From an uncultured Azospirillum sp. (lineage in GTDB: Bacteria > Pseudomonadota > Alphaproteobacteria > Rickettsiales > UBA3002), in NCBI GenBank assembly GCA_964530085.1, contig CAZGXX010000007.1, positions 1,410 to 65,409 on the forward strand: a stretch of DNA of 64,000 bases. Reading direction: 5' to 3'. Shown here piece by piece: positions 62,109-64,000 of the stretch (position 1 is the stretch's first letter; every line of letters begins with the position of its first letter). A program made the position numbers and the translations under genes. The notes below the pieces were generated by a model that was given only the letters and a program-made list of their open reading frames with translations, did no database searches and was not told the DNA's origin.

Positions 62109-62498
62109 CTATTTTGTGGTTTCAGTGACGCTTTCGACCGTCTTGCCATCAACGACTTTTTTGTGCGTGTTCTTCACCGCGCCATCATGGGTTACATCTT
62201 GCGTGTCGGTTGTTTTGGTGCTGGTCTTATTCATCAGCCCTTTGGGGTCGGTTGTTTTTTCAGATTCCACCGTATTGTCGACATCACCATTGCTATGCAC
62301 ATCGACTTCTACTTTTTCTTTGTGCGTGGTGCTGCCTGCGGCGTTGGTTTTCTTGGTTTTGCTATCCTCGTTATAATTGCCCTTGGAATCGCTGGAGACC
62401 TTGGTCTTTGATTCATAGGTTTCTTTTTCCGCCGCAAAGGCTGAGCCAACCATGGCAAAAGTAGCAACTGAGGCAAGTAGTACGGTCATCGTTTTCAT
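62109..62498 (-). CDS. small secreted Lys/Thr-rich protein
   Basis: Signal peptide ending in AFA-AE. Contains TTDPKGLMNKT, shared with the 57807..58097 product. Confidence 0.55.
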   Translation of the reverse strand: MKTMTVLLASVATFAMVGSAFAAEKETYESKTKVSSDSKGNYNEDSKTKKTNAAGSTTHKEKVEVDVHSNGDVDNTVESEKTTDPKGLMNKTSTKTTDTQDVTHDGAVKNTHKKVVDGKTVESVTETTK

Positions 62499-62551
62499 AA
62501 AAAATCTTTCTCAAAAAGGTGGGTTCCGCGGAATTGCGGGGGTCGGCAAAA

Positions 62552-63064
62552 TTAGGTGGATGGAATGGCAAGTCGGTTGAACGCATCGCGTGCGGCGTGT
62601 TGCGCGGCTGCCCATTCCAGTTTCGAATCCCCGCGGGCAATGTTCCAGTTATTGCGCAGCGATGGCTCGAGGTCTTCGAAGCTTTTCGTGGGGTTGCTGA
62701 TATATCCATCGATCCCAACACGATAGGCGGGGCGATAGCTCGGGTAATCTTCTCCTTTTACGCTATACTCACGCGTATGGTGGTTCTGTTCCCAATAGAT
62801 CTCTTCAAGCGACGGGTTTATTTCGCGAGCGATGTCTTCTGCAACACTGCCCCCGATAGCGCCGCCAACGGCTGCGCCTACAACGGCGCCGACTGGCCCA
62901 GCGATGCCGCCCATCGCGCCACCTGCAGCAACCCCCGTCAGGATTCCCCCGGCAACTCCGCCAACAGTCATGCCGAGCGTCCCTGCGAGTTCGTGGGTAT
63001 CCTCCGGCGTATTGGCATCTTTGAGATGAATGACGGGGTTATTGTTATTTGCGGCGCGGGACAT
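62552..63064 (-). CDS. glycine-zipper protein with a conserved Trp/Tyr-rich C-terminal domain
   Basis: GGVAGGILTGVAAGGAMGGIAGPVGAVVGAAVGGAIGG followed by EEIYWEQNH...YRPAYRVG...WNIARGDSKLEW...ARDAFNR. Confidence 0.55.
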   Translation of the reverse strand: MSRAANNNNPVIHLKDANTPEDTHELAGTLGMTVGGVAGGILTGVAAGGAMGGIAGPVGAVVGAAVGGAIGGSVAEDIAREINPSLEEIYWEQNHHTREYSVKGEDYPSYRPAYRVGIDGYISNPTKSFEDLEPSLRNNWNIARGDSKLEWAAAQHAARDAFNRLAIPST

Positions 63065-63450
63065 AACGACTCCTCAGGTAATGTGTGAGTCACGACCGTC
63101 GATGAAGCCCCATAAAAATGCGATAGGACTTGCACAAGGAATCATAAGGGGGGTGTAAGGATGGCGCATAACCCGCAACCGCAGCAATGGTGCGGCAATG
63201 AACTAAGTGATGGGATTTTCTAAAAACATCTAAAATACTGATTTATGGTGGTTTGTGGGGGCCGCAGTTGAACCAGAAATAGGCTGCTGGATTCAATATC
63301 TATTTCATGCAGCGAGAATCATTTGTACCCTATAATATATCCTAAAAAGTATAAGACTGCGCAATCTGCTCTAGATCATGAGTTACCACTAGTAGACTTA
63401 TGCCTCATTTTATGCCATTTTATGAGTCATAAAGAGAGGGATTATCGCTC

Positions 63451-64000
63451 ATGACATCTGCGCCGACTTGGAATTGGCAGCAACACGACTGGCCTGATTT
63501 TATCTACGATTTTGCTAAACTGCGTGCCCGCGAAGAGCGGTTCCTTCTTAACGCAGGGATATTCCTCGGCGCGTATAAACATATCGGTGACCGGGAAAAG
63601 CTAACCTTTGCCATCGAAGTAATGAGTAGCGAAGCAGTCGAGAGCTCTGCAATCGAGGGAGAGCAGCTCAACCGAGATTCGGTTCAGTCATCCATCTGCC
63701 GCCAGTTGGGATTAAACACCGATCAGCGTCGCCCCAAACCTGCGGAACAGGGTATCGCAGAAATGATGATCGACTTATATCAGAACTTTGCGCCACCCCT
63801 TACGCACGAAACACTTTTCGGCTGGCATCGCATGATAACCAATGGCCGCATGGATATTCAAACGATCGGCGCTTACCGCACGCACAAAGATGCCATGCAG
63901 ATCGTTTCCGGCAGGATTGATACTCCGAAGATTCATTTTGAAGCACCTCCATCCAAGAGCATGAAACGCGAGATGAATCGTTTTATTCATTGGTTCAATC
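63451..64000 (+). CDS. Fic-family protein with a DUF4172-type N-terminus, 3'-truncated by window edge
   Basis: Not in the ORF track because there is no stop in the window. Hand translation gives MTSAPTWNWQQHDWPDFIYDF...EVMSSEAVESSAIEGEQL...LFGWHRMI...YRTH. The HPFxxGNGR catalytic motif would lie beyond the window. Confidence 0.75.
   Translation, partial: MTSAPTWNWQQHDWPDFIYDFAKLRAREERFLLNAGIFLGAYKHIGDREKLTFAIEVMSSEAVESSAIEGEQLNRDSVQSSICRQLGLNTDQRRPKPAEQGIAEMMIDLYQNFAPPLTHETLFGWHRMITNGRMDIQTIGAYRTHKDAMQIVSGRIDTPKIHFEAPPSKSMKREMNRFIHWFN

Noticed and set aside
63400-63432. 10-codon upstream ORF (MPHFMPFYES) before the Fic gene
   Set aside because: It has no RBS, lies in an AT-rich region where short ORFs arise by chance, and matches no known Fic antitoxin pattern.

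Overview
The window looks like a densely coding chromosomal segment of an alphaproteobacterium. That assignment rests on a MipZ-type ParA ATPase, a permuted two-piece tmRNA next to an alpha-type sspB, hflK-hflC-degP, and divergent ubiA/rsmE. By eye it is about 55-60% GC (not computed). I can support about 75 CDS, three tRNAs (Thr-UGU, Arg-UCU, Gly-GCC) and one tmRNA. Most genes are housekeeping: three ABC-F ATPases including EttA, Der, RsmE/RsmD/RluB/TadA, ThyX, AguA/AguB, malate synthase, GshA, HflKC/DegP, MlaA/MlaC, a MotAB-like stator, and CspA plus a DEAD-box helicase. Six things stand out. (1) A Pho-box-like direct-repeat promoter element recurs in front of six mostly orphan genes, with a near-consensus tandem version in front of a 940-aa orphan protein. 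(2) A visibly AT-rich single-gene islet encodes a DUF4062 (TIR-like) protein abutting tRNA-Arg. (3) A family of palindromic MITE-like elements is present, one sitting in frame inside der. (4) A roughly 8-kb cluster (54.9-63.1 kb) holds small general-stress-type genes and carries a second recurrent, helically phased upstream motif. (5) A TetR-controlled LplT-like MFS / DUF2339 / DgkA operon is present. (6) A partial Fic gene lies behind an AT-rich gap at the right edge. All protein calls come from family motifs recognised by eye in the supplied translations. No database search was run. Many long ORFs in the track are antisense shadows of real genes and were discarded.
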